DNA from: Lama guanicoe
Lineage: Eukaryota
Reading direction: 5' to 3'
DNA: 64,000 nucleotides
NCBI GenBank assembly: GCA_013239625.1
Contig: MU053934.1
Location: forward strand, 7,833,352-7,897,351
In this document: positions 37,424 to 50,792 of the stretch, one piece after another
How positions within the stretch are numbered: the first letter of the stretch is position 1
Layout of the letters: the number at the start of each line of letters is the position of its first letter
Program-made: the position numbers and the translations under genes
The notes under the pieces: model-generated
Databases searched by the model: none
What the model was told of the DNA's origin: nothing
The model's input: only the letters and a program-made list of their open reading frames with translations

Positions 37424-39259
37424 CTAGAAAAGAGAGACGGCTATTTAATAAACATGCTTAAAGCTAAGATGCTAAAAACTGTTCCACTGTGGACTAGAAT
37501 CAAACTCCTAAAACTGTATTTCTTCTACCATATCTAGGTTTATAAGTAGATAACTTGCAAATGTGCAGACATTTTTTTCACCTCCGAAACTTATATTTCA
37601 ATCAATATAAAGTCATAGTAATAACATTAGAAAGAAAAAAAAGGCAAAGATAATCTTCCCTAAAAAGGATCTATCTCATTACAAGTGAAAAACCTGGATC
37701 GTGGGATAAAATTTAGTTAAGAATCAATATCATCTCAAATAAATCTTCAAATTATTATATCCACTTTTCATCCCCATGCCAATTTTTGAAGGAAAACATG
37801 TAATTCTTAAATCTACATCATTACTCTTTCAAAGACAAAGGAGGAAGAGGTGAGGTCAGCTGGACACTAGAGAGCTCTAAGGAGCTTTCAGGGGCTTGCA
37901 CTTCTCGGGAGGAAAAAGAGTCCTGGCTGTAACGGTTTAGGTCCCAGGGTCCCTGTGTCACCAAAGGGCAGCTGATGTAACACTTGAAGCCTCCCTTCCC
38001 TCCATCTAAGATAAAAACAGCTGTAGAAGCAAGTAGATTCAGTAACTACAAATCAACTCATGCAGCAATGAGTGTTGTTAGCAGGAAGACATGATTATTC
38101 CATCTCAGCATCTCATGACCCACGAGGGAAAGAGGCGGCCGAGCACGATGGTGGTTGGTAAATCTCTGATACTGTTTACGAGACTGCAAAGGCTTGGTGA
38201 CCGTATTTCACTGCCTGCCTCTGTCTTACACAGTAACTTCTGGACATGCTCAGTGCCTTTAACATTGGCTCACCTGCTGTCAAATTATTCCCAAGCAGGA
38301 GCTCTAACTCTGTACTAACTCTATTTCCCTATCAGTGAGAATTTCTTATCAAGCTATGGAAACTTCTGGCATGAGGTCAGTGGTGGCTTTAGTCCCAGAG
38401 TGTCCTGGGCCAGGTGACAGACTTAAACTGCCACCTTGGGCCCTCCCAGAAGCCCTGAGGGCTGTCCTCACAGCTGTAGGATGCCGGAGCCGTCTTCTGT
38501 CTGAGGTGGTACCAGAGAGTGGGCCAGCACCCCCACAGTCACCGTGCTGTGAGGGTCTGCCGTGTGCCCTAGCCTCCCAAAAAGCATGTGGCATCGCCGA
38601 CGCCCACCTCCCCTGATGCTTGCTTGCTCATGAGGCCCAGAGCCTCCTTGAGGGAGAGGATCACTTAACTGGGATACACTGGGGACCCAGAACACAGAGG
38701 GGTTGCTTTGGGATGACAGGATGAAGGTCCTTGGAAAATCTTAGAGGCAAGAGTGACACTTCAACTGCAGCGCTGTGCTCCCTGAGAGCGGGAGGGGCGG
38801 GAAGTGGGCTGCTGTGGAGGACAGACAGGGGGGCGAGCAGAGCGGGCATCAGCCGGGAGAGGAGACTGGGAAAGTCAGCAGGGGCCAAATCCCGGGCGGT
38901 CCTGTCCTCTGGCTTTGGGCCCTGGGTACAGGATGCCATCACAGTTTTCATTCTTAAATTTTACTCTGGTATCACATGGGAGAGAAACAGAAAAGGGAGG
39001 AGAGGACGATGTGAGACACGCTGGGGGATCACAGCCTGCCCGGCAAGTAACAAGAGAGGTCTGCACTGATGTGATGGTCATTGAGGGAAAAGCCAGGGTG
39101 AATACAAGATACGTTAGAATAGAGGAGGAAAGTCCACAGAATCTTCAGATTTGATGTGCAGGGTGACATAGGAGAAGAGATAAAGCTCCTGTGTCCGGCG
39201 TGGGTGGCTGGGTGAGTGGCGACATCCTTCACTGAGAAAGGGCATTCGGGAAGATGGGG

Positions 39260-39783
39260 CTGACAGTACTTTCCAAGATGCCGCAACAAGAGCCCACCGC
39301 ACATGCTTTTCTTACAGGAGCATCTTAAGTCTCTTCCCATCAACAAGTGGGGCATGTGTTCCTTCCCCTTGACTCTGGATGAGTCTGTGACTAGGGCAGA
39401 ATTGATGCTAAGTGATTTCTAAGACAAGGTCACAACAGGCACCACAGCTGCTGCCTGGTCCTCTTAAGATGCTCACACCAGGGCTGCGAGGAAGTCAAGA
39501 AGCCACACAAGAGGCCGCGTGTAGATGCTCCGGCCAACAGCCCCAGTGGAGGTTCCAGACAAGATCCAGCATCGGCTGCTGGCCGCTCGAGGGAACAAGC
39601 CTTCAGATGATTCCACCCCAGGATGTCAAATCGCCCCCAGCCTCTGCACCTCCCTCACATGGACAGGGAACTAGCCGTCTCTGGGACCTGCTTAAATTGC
39701 AGATCTGTGAGCAAAACAGACAACTGTTGTGATTTCAAGCCTCTATGTTTGGGGAAGTTTGTTTATAGCAATGGATACCTGGA
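39260..39783 (+). mobile_element. MLT1 (MaLR) solo LTR inserted in an L2
   Basis: ccaacagcccca...ccttcagatgattcca...aaattgcagatctgtgagcaaaa...tttggggaagtttgtttatagcaatggata; L2-like sequence on both flanks (about 38680-39250 and 39790-39960). Confidence 0.75.
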
Positions 39784-39994
39784 AGAGAAAAGTTCGTGGG
39801 AAAGCTCATGAGCTCAGTTTGGGATATCTGAGCGGGGATGCCCATCTGAAAAGTGAATGCATGTCTCTGGAGGTCAGGGAGGGTGGGGCTGGAGAGGCAG
39901 GTGTGGAAACCGCCATGTGGGAACCATGGGGGAAACGTGCCAGCAGGAAGAGGAGAAGAGAGCCTTTGAAACACTGACTTTTAAGGACATGGAG

Positions 39995-41050
39995 TTCATT
40001 CATTCACAAAATATCTCGGAGTACCCATGGTATTTCAGCTGCGGCTCCAGGCACTGAAGGCACTACAGGGAAGGAGACAGGAAGGTCTGCTCTTGTAGAG
40101 CTTAGACTCTGGAGGGGAGAAGAAGACAAGAAACAGAGAAATAACTGGTAAGGTAACGGCAGATGCTGGCAAGGGCCACAAAGGCAGGAGGACAGAACAA
40201 AGAGGTGGCGGGCAGCTGGGAAGCTGTTTAAGGTGGAGCGCTCGGGATGTCCTCTCTAGGTGGTTCGATGATACAATGAGGCAGGCAGCCGACAGGCTGG
40301 GGTAAGAATGCCCTCCACAGGGGAGAAGAGCCTCAGATGTAGAGCCCCTGAGCAGGGGTGAGCTTGATGCGTCCAGGAAAGCAAGAGGCCAGATGGACGG
40401 CGGCACATGTCGAGCAAGACGGGGTTGGGGGTGGGGGGAGCAATGATCGCTGAGATCAGGGTGGGTGACACCTCGGGGACCGCACAAGGACCCAGGTTTT
40501 CTCCAAGGGCAATGGGAAGGCTGGGGAGAGTTCAAGCAGCAGAGTGATCTTATTAATATAAATTGGTTTTTTTTAAATCACTCTGGCTGCTATGTAGAAG
40601 GTGAATTACACAGGGGCAAGAGATGAGGAGGTGCAATTCCAGACAGGAGGCAGCTCCAAGCATCCAAGAAGAGGTGACTGTGGCTTGAATGCGGTGGTAG
40701 CCCTGGATGTGTGGGGGGCGGGGGAGGAGACAGAGTAGAGCGACAACCTAGAAACAGAGCTGACAAGGTCTCGCTGAGAGATTGGCTTGGTGAGACGGTG
40801 GGGGCAAGGGAGTGAAGAGAAAATGAAATCAAGGCTAATTCCTCAGACTTGAGGAAGTAGATAAAGGGTGGTGCCCTTTCCCGGGATAGAGAACACCAGG
40901 CATCAGGAGGTCTGTTTGGCCAGTTGTGTCTGAGATGCCTGCTGGATGAAGTCCACATGGAAAAGTCAGGGAGGCAACTGCAGACACCACTTGAATCTTG
41001 GCACAGAGGTCAGAATAGAGCTGCTGTTTCGTTACAGGTGGTATTTTGGG
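39995..41050 (-). mobile_element. L2 3' portion
   Basis: Starts with the antisense L2 tail ttcattcattcacaaaatatc; later tcactctggctgctatgtaga... Confidence 0.7.
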
Positions 41051-41589
41051 ACATGGAGCCAGATGCTCACCTGGGAGAGGGCAGACAGGGAGAAGAGGAC
41101 CGGCACAGAGCCTGGCGGGGAAGAATCCTGAGGATGCCAGATGCGCAGGGGCCACTCCCTGCTTCTCTCTCTGTTTGTCGCTACGAACCTCAGAAGCGGC
41201 TGGTCCACGTGTGGAGGCACGGGAGTCCACAACAGCTGGTGAACAGTATATTCCTTCCTCTGCTCACCCAGCCTGGAATTCCTCCTCCTGCACCCAGCAT
41301 CACAGAGGGACCCCTCTTGGTAATTTATGTCTCCATCTTGAAATCTGTTTTCAGATTCTTCATGTGTGTTTCCGGTTGTTTTTCAAGAAGCCCCATCTTT
41401 GCAATCAATAACTCTAACATAAAAATATCCAAAAATATTGATTTGAAGCTATTTTAATTTACCTGAAGGAAAAGTTTTCATCTCACAAGCCTAACGTAAC
41501 TTCTGAGATTCAACATGAAAGCAGCAGCCCAAACTGCATAACCTGCTAGTGGGAGTACAAGCAGATAGAATCGTTCCGGAGGGCAATTT

Positions 41590-42935
41590 GGCAAAATTTT
41601 CTACATCCATTTAGGATATAGAAAGTCACAACAGACCGTCACTCTGACCCTAACGAGATCAAGTAGGATAAGCTAAAAAGAGAGAGCTTTTGAAACCTAT
41701 CAGAAAACTGAGGGTGCAAAGACACTAAATCCCAGAAAGGACCAGCCACTCCTCAGAGAGAAAAGACCTATGACTCTTTCCATCCTTGCAGAGCCTTGGG
41801 AAGTAAAGTAACTTCATTCTAGACAGGGGTACAGAGAAGACAACCAACCACATGGTAGCCACGTGGACCAGCCCTGTGGATTTGCATCCCGAGAGCCTCA
41901 GTCACAGAGCAAGTCGGCACCCGTCCCCTGGGGTCTTCGCACGTGGCACAGGTGGCATCGCAAAGCTGGGAGCGAGGCAGGAGAGCCGCGCGACGCGCCG
42001 CAGGGCACGCGGGGCCTTCCGTAGGTGGGCGGCAGCTGCTCGCCAGGGCTGAGTATGGAACAAAGGCAAGTCCCTCTGAAGCACGCGGGGCCTTCACCAC
42101 GTGCACCCCAGTGGCCCACCGGCGCTGCAGGCAGGGCGGCAGGGCTGAGGGAGACCTCTTGAGGTGCACAAAGCTAGGGGCTGAGCCGAAGGACAAAGAG
42201 AGAGCCCCAGAAATTCCCCCAAAGTGGCAGGTGGGCTGGAAAGCAGAGCGCTCCCTGCCATATGCAAGCCAGCGGCTGGACTGTGAGGCAGAGATCTCTG
42301 GCGTCTCCCCAGTGCTCAGATCTCCAGACCTGCTGCAGGGAAGTACTTGAAGCCAGGGGTAACTTGAACCCACCTAAAACCACAGCCAAGTCCAAACGCA
42401 GCCCAACTGAGAGACTGAACTGCGCCGCCCATCTCACTGGGAGCCCAAGCAGAAGGGGCATTCCTTTTTCTGGCGATAAACATGATTTACTCTGTCTCTA
42501 CCGTCCTTTACCCAAATGTCTGGAGTTAAATCTTTTTCAATTGCAAGATGAGTGAAATAAGAAAAGGTGACCTGATCAAGAGCCAAAACAATCATCAGAA
42601 GACCCAGTGAGAACAGGTGTAGAAACGATCAGGTATTTAAACAAAGAATAATAACTGCGTTAAAGAGATTAAGGAAAAACCGACAACATGCTAAACATGT
42701 GGAGGATTTCAGCAAAGAGGTGAAAACTATTTTTTTAAAGCAAGAGAAAAAGCTAGAAACTAAGACCGCAGTATCAAAGTGATGAACTCATTTAATTCGC
42801 TTAACAGCAGACCACGTCCACGGCAGAAGAAAGGACTAGTGAATATAGTCAGGTCAGTAGAAAGTATTCAAACAGAGATACAAACACGAAGCAAAAAAAA
42901 AAAAAAGTCTTAAAAGGAAACAAGGTGTCTAATAT
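41590..42935 (+). mobile_element. Old L1 5' UTR plus ORF1 start
   Basis: ORF1-like ggatttcagcaaagaggtgaaaactat...gcttaacagcagacc...gcagaagaaaggactagtgaa, preceded by a GC-rich 5'-UTR-like segment. Confidence 0.6.
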
Positions 42936-43664
42936 CTGTGGCTCACAGATTAACTCCATGAATTGTAACCATAAATTTACAAGTGCATAGCTACACACAT
43001 GTGCACACTCATGGCACACCCGAGAGAGGCCAGCCAAGCATGGGATGATGATCAACTTTGGAGAGGAAAGGGGGTGCTAGGAGACGTTACATACATGTAT
43101 ATAATTTTTATTTAAATGTATTTATAAAAATATACATATAATTTTTATTTAGAAAAGAAAAAACAATTCAGTCCATTAAAAACACCATCAAATGACAAAG
43201 GAAAAAAGATACTGATGGCACATGAAGCCCATAAAGGATGCGTACCTTTAAAATAGAGGGCGCATACAAATAACTAAAAAGACCAACCCACAGTGTGTAC
43301 GTGGGCAAAGGGCATGAAAGGGCAGCTCACAAGAGAACAAGACAGAAGCCTGATAAACTTGAGACTCAATGTTAAACTCACCATTCAAGAAATGCAACTT
43401 AAAATCACAACAGAATATTGTTTTGAGTATCAAATGGACAAGATGTACAAGGACACTCAGAAGCAAGTACGTTTAAACGTCATGCACGGCAACATGCAGG
43501 CAGCTTGGTGGCGCCCGCGAGACTGACGAGTGTGAAAGGGCTCCGACTCAGTAACCCCACCTCACCCCTTCTCTGCACTGTCAGAAGGTTAGTCAAACTA
43601 AGACACATCCAAAGTATATCGCAGGCGTGGACAGAGACACATGTATCATTGATGATAAATCTTT

Positions 43665-43880
43665 GTGCTGAAAATTGCCAGTTATCCCCCGATATCCATT
43701 CTCCCTTCTTTCCTTACGAGCAGACACCCTGAGACTTGGGCAGACACATCACGTGGCCATCTGAAATACGGTCTGAGTTTCGTGGCCGTGTGAAAGATGC
43801 CTGTGGCCATGTGATTGAAGTCTCGCTGACTGTAGGTGAGCCCAGGTGGCGACTTCTGGCGGGAATGCCTTTCCTCCGCT
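43665..43880 (+). mobile_element. MLT1J/K-like LTR fragment
   Basis: atatccattctcccttctttcctta...gtggccatgtgat. Confidence 0.5.
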
Positions 43881-44204
43881 TTTAAGGCAAAACCCAGTCA
43901 TGCCGTTCGTGACGTCCCTCTGAGTCCTGGCGCTGTGCACTCAGTGCCCCGCGCGTGCTTCTGCTGGGCACTGGCCTCACCCTCCTGGGGTTCTTCCTCT
44001 CCCTCTCGAGACTGTGAGCTCTTCCAGGGCAGACCCTCCATCGGACCCATCTCTTTGTCTTCAGTACCTGTGACATTCTTGTCACATATTAGGGCTCAGA
44101 AGATGTTTGTGAAAGAAGAGAGGGAGGAAGGAATGAACAAATAAAAAGACATACACTTTGGGGAAATTATAATGTCAAATTTTATTGCTTTAAAACTGAG
44201 TGAT

Positions 44205-44847
44205 CCAAGTAAGTTAAATTTTTATGTTCACACGAAAATCTGCATGCAAATGTTTACAGCAGCTTTATTCATAACTGCCACGGCATGAGAGCAACCAAGA
44301 TGTCCTTCGGTAGTGAATAAACTGTTACACATCCATACAAGAGAATATTATTCAGAGATAAAAAGAAATGAACTATCACATCATGAAAAGACACAAAGAA
44401 GCCTTAAGTGCATATTGCTAAGTGAAAGAAGCCAAGCTGAAAAGGCTACAGACTGTAGGATTCCAACTAAATGACATCCTGAGAAAGGCAAAACTACCGA
44501 GACAGTAGGAAGACCACGTTGTCCGCGTGTGGGGGGAGGGAGGGGTGAGTGGGCGGAGTACGGAGGATTTTTCAGGGCTGTGAAACTACTCTGTGTGATA
44601 CGGTAACAGTGGACACACACCATCATACATTTACCAAAACCCAGAGAACATACAACACAGAAAGTGTGAACTTTAATAACATATCAATAATGGCTCATCA
44701 GTTGTAACAAGTGTAACACACTAACGCAAACGTAAGTGATGGGGAGACGGGCTGGGGAGTGAACAGGTTACAGGAACTCTCTTCACTTTAGCTCAGTTTT
44801 TCTGATAACCTAAAACTACTCAAAAAAATAAAGACTATTAACTAAGC
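44205..44847 (+). mobile_element. L1MC1/2-like 3' end
   Basis: ccttaagtgcatattgctaagtgaaagaagcca...gaggatttttcagggctgtgaaactactctg...acctaaaactactc; flanked by aaaactgag on both sides. Confidence 0.85.
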
Positions 44848-44869
44848 AAAAACTGAGAGGAGCAGTATC

Positions 44870-45110
44870 CTAGATAACATAGTAGTTAATTCCATGGATC
44901 CTGGAATCACACTTTCTGGGTTTAAATCCCAACCTGCCACCTAAAAACTATGTAACTTTTGGACAAGTGGCTTTAGAAACCTATGTCTCAGATTCCCTAT
45001 AAATAAAACAGGGACAATAACAGAATCTACGTCACAGCTTTATCGTGAGGCCTAGTGACGTGTGGGGCCTTTGCAGAGTCTCGTACACACTGAACATACA
45101 CAGTGATATC
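44870..45110 (+). mobile_element. MIR SINE just inside the intron after the 45144 donor
   Basis: ctgggtttaaatccc..ctgccac...tggacaagt...tctcagattccctataaataaaacaggg. Confidence 0.65.
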
Positions 45111-45143
45111 TTCTGTTGGCGTGATTTGCTCAGGAGTACTCAC

Positions 45144-45289
45144 TTGAAGAAGGTCTGAACATATTTTGGAAGCCATTCCTCGAATACACTCTACATGGTG
45201 AAGAGTGAGGTCTTAAATGTGTGAACTTTCGGGTGTGAGGATACAAAGTATGCCAATCTGGTACGATCGCCATTGAGCACACCAAATCC
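45144..45289 (-). CDS. EFCAB6: EFCAB6 first major coding exon (146 nt): DLVCSMAIVPDWHTLYPHTRKFTHLRPHSSPCRVYSRNGFQNMFRPSS
   Basis: Acceptor ttacaccacag| and donor CAA|gtgagt; in-frame ATG at 45273-45271; phase 1 out fits the next exon (A|CC = Thr). Confidence 0.95.
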
Positions 45290-45649
45290 CTGTGGTGTAA
45301 GACAAAACAGATTATGTTACCTTCAAGCACGCATGACAGACGTGACCAACTTCCAATCGATTCCCTTTCTGAAAGGACAGCCAGGGACTATAAAAATGCT
45401 ACTAGTCATGACCCTCATGCCAATGTTTCAAAGACTATTCCTAAAGTGAACACAAAATTGTGATTTTAGATTCTTTGTTTTTATAGCAGATCCAACAATC
45501 TTCAAAAATGGGAAAACAAAGGGGTATTTGGAAAGGAAAATCCACCTGCACCTCAACTACCATTGACCCATTTCTTAGACGGGGGCCGTGGGGGAGAGTT
45601 GGGTTCCCTGAGCTCTCCCGAAGCGTCTCACTGCACATCCAACGCACAG

Positions 45650-48600
45650 TCAGAGGCAGAGCTGGCGACAACAGCATCAGAAATGGGGGAGTCAGGACCT
45701 CAAAAATCCTCTCCACGAAAGTAATGAGAACACTGGCAAAAACTGTAAAAACCAGCTGTTTCCGGACTCTGGAAATTAACCAAAGGTTTGAGGCAATCTG
45801 GGGAGCACTTATTCAGGAAAGACACCAGAATTTCGGTATGAACACCAAGCTCTGTGGGATTTTAACTTCCCCTGTTCACATCTCCCCTCATCCCCGAACC
45901 TGCAGCAGCCTGGAAACTAACAGCCTGCCATCACAGTGAAACCCCGGCAGCCTGCCAGCCACTGGAAGGCGGAGAACAGGTTGGAGCTCCTTCATAGCCC
46001 CATCATCAGAAAATTTTCATCATGTGACTTACCTGATGGCTTCCTGAAAGACCCCACTCACAAGGCTGTCTGTATTTGAACTGATTCAGAGTTTGCCCGG
46101 TAAGAACAAGCTATTATCAAAAGGCATTTGTTGAAAAAACTTCAGGGGCAACTGTTGTTCAAAATCTTAGCTGCCTGAGAGGGTGGGTAACAGGTGGAGC
46201 AAATAATAGACTAACCAAAAAGCTTAAATGGAAAAGCTGAAGAATGAGACGTCCACAGGGGCTTTGAGAAGCTCCTGCGTGTTCTGGAGGATTTAGAAGG
46301 GATGTGAGCATGTCCAAGGCTCTGTGCTGGATTAGGAAGACCTGGGAAGGCCCTAAGTTGTCACTCTGGCTGACCTGGAGGCTCTGCACAAGCAGGAAGT
46401 AGAGGCCAAGGTAGAGCTGTCACCTGCCTTGTAGAGTGTTGGAGGAAGGCTCCAACACACACACGGAGTCCCTCAGCAAAGACCAGAAGACTGTTGTGTC
46501 CAGGCATTTAAGGAAAGCTCTGTCCCATCATAAGCTGATCAATAAGCCAACCAGTCGGGGACTTCAGCAGCCATACATTACAAGTAGTGCAGACTTTACA
46601 AAGTTAGTTTAGAAAAGTCACTAAACAAAGAAACCATGGAAAGGAGAGAGAATATGATTTTGAGAACTGCCATATTCTTAAGATGGCTAGTTTTCAACAC
46701 AAATTTTATGACATGCAATAAAAAAAAAGGTATGGTGCATACATACTTATCTTCAGAAACCGCACAACAAAGAAAAGAGTAGACTGAAATATTCAAAGAA
46801 TTAAAAGGGAAAAAGCCCCACCAACCTAGAATTCTGTATCCAGCAAAATATCTTTCAAATTTAAGGACAAGTAAAGACTTTATCATACAAACAAAAATTG
46901 AGGAAATAACACCAGCAGAACTGCTTGTAAGAAATGCTAAAATTCTTCAGAAAGAAGAAAAAAATCATGTGGGTCAGAAACTCAAATCTACATAAAGAAA
47001 GGAAGAGCATTATAAAAAGAATGAAGGTAAAATAAACATATATGCACCTAATAACAGAGCCCAAATGCACATGAAGTAAAAACTGATAAAGTTGAAAGGA
47101 GAAATAGACACTTCAACAATAACAACTGGAGATTTCAATACTCACTTTCAATATGGGCAGAACAATTAGCCAGAAGATCAACAAGGGAACAGCTGAACCA
47201 GTTTAAACCGACTAGACCTAACGGACATCTATGCAACACTCCATCCAACAACAGTAGGACACACATTCTTCTCAAGTGTACAGGGAACATTCTCCAGGAT
47301 AGATCATATGTTAGGCCACAACACAAGTCTCATTAAATTTAAAAGGACTGAAAACGTCAAAATGTTCTTCAGTCACACTGGAATGAAATTAGAAATAAGT
47401 TTCAAAAAGAAATTAGGTACTTCACAAATGCGTGGAAATGAAACAACACACTCTTAAATCATCAAAGGGTCAAAGAAAAGAAAATCATAAGAGAAATAAA
47501 CAAATACTTTTGGATGAATGAAAATGAAGGCACAACATACCAGAACTTATGGGATGCAGCTAGAAAAGTACTTAGAGTAAAAATTATAGCTGTAAATGCC
47601 CCTCATGTTAAAAAAGAAAATTTCAAATTAATAATTTAACCTTCTTCCTTAAGGAACTAGAAAAATAAGAGTAAACTCTACCCAAAGTGAGGAGAATGAA
47701 GGAAATAATAAAGATTAGAGCATAAATAAATAAAATTGATAACAGAAAAACCATAGAGAAATCCAACAAAATTAAAAGTTGGCTCTTTAAAAGATCAGCA
47801 AACTGACAAATTTTTAGCTAGACTGACCAAGAAAAAAGGAGAAACACTCAAGTTACTAAAATCAAGAATGAAAGAGGACGTTACTACTGACCTTACAAAG
47901 CAAAACAAAAGGGTTATAAGGCAATACTATGAATAATTACCTGTATGTCAACAAATTAAATAACCTATATGAAATGGGAAAAAATCTTTGAAAGATGCAA
48001 GCTACTGAAACTGACTGAAAAGGAAACAGACCTATAACAAGAGATTGAAGTAGCAGTCAAAAAACTTCTTGCAAAGAAAACCCAGGACCAGACAGGTTCA
48101 CTGGTGAATTCTACCAAGTATTTGAGAAGAATAATTAAAACCAATTCTTCACAAACTCTCCCCTAAAACAGAAAAGAACACTTCTTGACACATTCTATGA
48201 GGTTAGTATTACCTTGATACCGAAACCAGAAAAAGACATCAAAAGAGAAAGCTAAAGACTAATATTCCTTATGAACATAGGAAAAATCCTCAACAAAACA
48301 CAAACATATGGAACCCAGCAAAACATAAAAAGAATTAGACATCATGATCAAGTGGGATTTATTCCAGGAATACAAGGATGGCTGAATATATAAAAATCAG
48401 TGTATATTATGGAAAAGTTGCTGACAGCAAGTTAATTAAATGAAGTTACTGTAATAACACAAAAGAGCATAATTTTTAAATTGTTTAAAATAAAACAGAA
48501 AAAAAAATCAACGTAATATTCCACATTAATAGAATCAAGAAAAAACACACAAGCATCTCAACTGATGCTGAAAAAGCATTTCACAAAATCCTACACCCTT

Positions 48601-50792
48601 TCATGATAAAAAAAACACTCAACAAACTAGAAACAGAAGGGAACTTCCTTGACCTAACAAAGGGCATCAATGAAAACCAATAGCTAACATCATACTTAAT
48701 GATAAAAGAATAAAAAGAGTAACAGTTTTCCCCTAAGATCAAGAACAAGACAAAGATGTCTATTCAACATTGTACTGAAGGTTCTAGCCATGGCAATTAG
48801 GCAAGAAACAGAAATAAAAGGTTGCCAGATTGGAGACTAGTAAGCAAAGCCATCTCTATTTGTTGATGACAGGATTTTGTACATAGAAAATCCTAGGGAA
48901 TACTCACACACACACCACTACTAGAAATAATTTTTTTTAAAGTTCAGTAAGGTGTAGGATACAGTATCAATATAGAAAGTCATTTCAAAATTTAAAATAT
49001 ATTTATAAAAATCAACTGTAGTTCAAGACAATTGCAATGAACACTCTGAAAATAAAATGTTTAAAAATCCATTTAAAATAGTATCAAAAAGAAAATATTT
49101 CAGAATAAACTTAACAAAAAGAAGTGCACAATTCATACACTGAAACTACAAAACATCACTGAAAGAAAGTAAGGAAGATCTGAGTAAATGGAAAGACATC
49201 CCATGTTTATGGATGAGGTTACAATACTCCTGAAATTGACTGACCAATACAACTTAATGCACATCAAAATCTTGGCTGCCTTTTTTGCCAAAATTAACAA
49301 GTGTATCCTAAAATTCATACAGAAATTCAAGAGATTCAGTACAGCCGAAATAATCTTTAAAAAATTAGAACAAAGTTAAAAGACTTGCAGTTCCTGATTT
49401 CAAAACTTGCTACAAAGCAACAGTAATTAGGACAGTGCGGGCTGGCGTAAGCACAGACATACAGACCAATGGAACAGAACTGAGAATCTGGAAATGTACC
49501 CTTACTTGTAGCATTAACTGATTTTTGACAATAGTTGCAAGATCATTCAATGTAGAAGGAAAAGTCTTTTTAACAAACGGAGCTAGGACAAATGGACATC
49601 CACATGCAAAAGAATGAAACTGGACCCCATCTCATAGCACATACAAAAATTAATTCAAAGTTAATCAAAGGCCTAAATTGAAGAACTGAAACCATAAAAT
49701 TCTGAGGAGAAAACACAGCTATAAATCTTTGTGACTTTGGGTTGTGCGATGACGTCTTAGATACGACAGCAAAAACACAAGCAACCAAAGAGGGAAGCTG
49801 CTACCTGGACTCCATCAAAATGAAAGACGTTTGTGCTTCAAAAGACACTTCTCCAAAAGTATAAAGACAACCTACAGAATGGAATCAATTATTTGTCAAT
49901 CATATATCTGATAAGAATCTAATATGCAGAACATATCAAGAACTCTTACAACTCAATAATAAAAAGCAAATGATCCAATTTAAAAATGGGCAAAGGATCT
50001 GAGTAGCCATTTCTCCCAAATGGCTGGCAAGTACACGAAAAAATGCTCAACTTCACAAATCATGAGGAAAGCACGAATCAGAACCACAAGAAGACATCAC
50101 CTCACACCCACTAGGATGGCTCTGATCAAAGAAATAAACAGTAACAAGTATTGGCGAGAATGCAGAGATACTGGGACCCCCATACTTTGCTGGTAGGGAT
50201 AAAAATGGCTCGGCTGCTTCGGAAGATAGGCTGGCAGCATCTCAAAGAGTGAAACACAGAGTCAGCACACGACCCAGCAATTTTACTTCCAGGTATATAG
50301 TCAAGGGAACTGAACACCTATGTCCACACAAAAACTTGCACACAAACATTCACAGCAGCATATCCCCAACAGCCAAAAAGTGGAATCAACCCAAAGGTCC
50401 CCCACCAGGTAAATGGGTAAGTGAAAAGCAGTCTGTCCACTCAGTGGACTGCAATTCAGCCATAAAAAGGGGTGAAACACTGAATCATGCTACAACACAA
50501 ATGAACCTTGAAAATATATTAAGGCAGACCCAAAAGACCATGTACTGTATGATTCAACTGATATAAAATGTGCAGAATAAGTAGATCTGTGGAAACGGAG
50601 AGTAGGTTCGTGGCTACCAGTGGCTGGAAGCAGGGGAAATGGGGCTGCTAATGGATATGGGGTTTCTTTCCACGGTGACAAAAGTTGTGGGTGATGGTCA
50701 CATAACTTTGTGAATACACTGAAAGACACTAAACTGTATACTTGAAAAGGATTTAATGTTATGATATGTGAATTATATCACAAGTAAAAAAA
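45650..50792 (+). mobile_element. Long, decayed L1MB-like element (5' UTR, deleted ORF1, ORF2, 3' UTR)
   Basis: 5'-UTR-like start; ORF1 C-terminal remnant at about 46740-47030; ORF2 EN/RT remnants (ggagatttcaatactc, ggtgaattctaccaa, gatgctgaaaaagcatt, gatgac) to about 50330; L1MB-type 3' end gaattatatcacaagtaaaaaaa; many stops. Confidence 0.9.
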
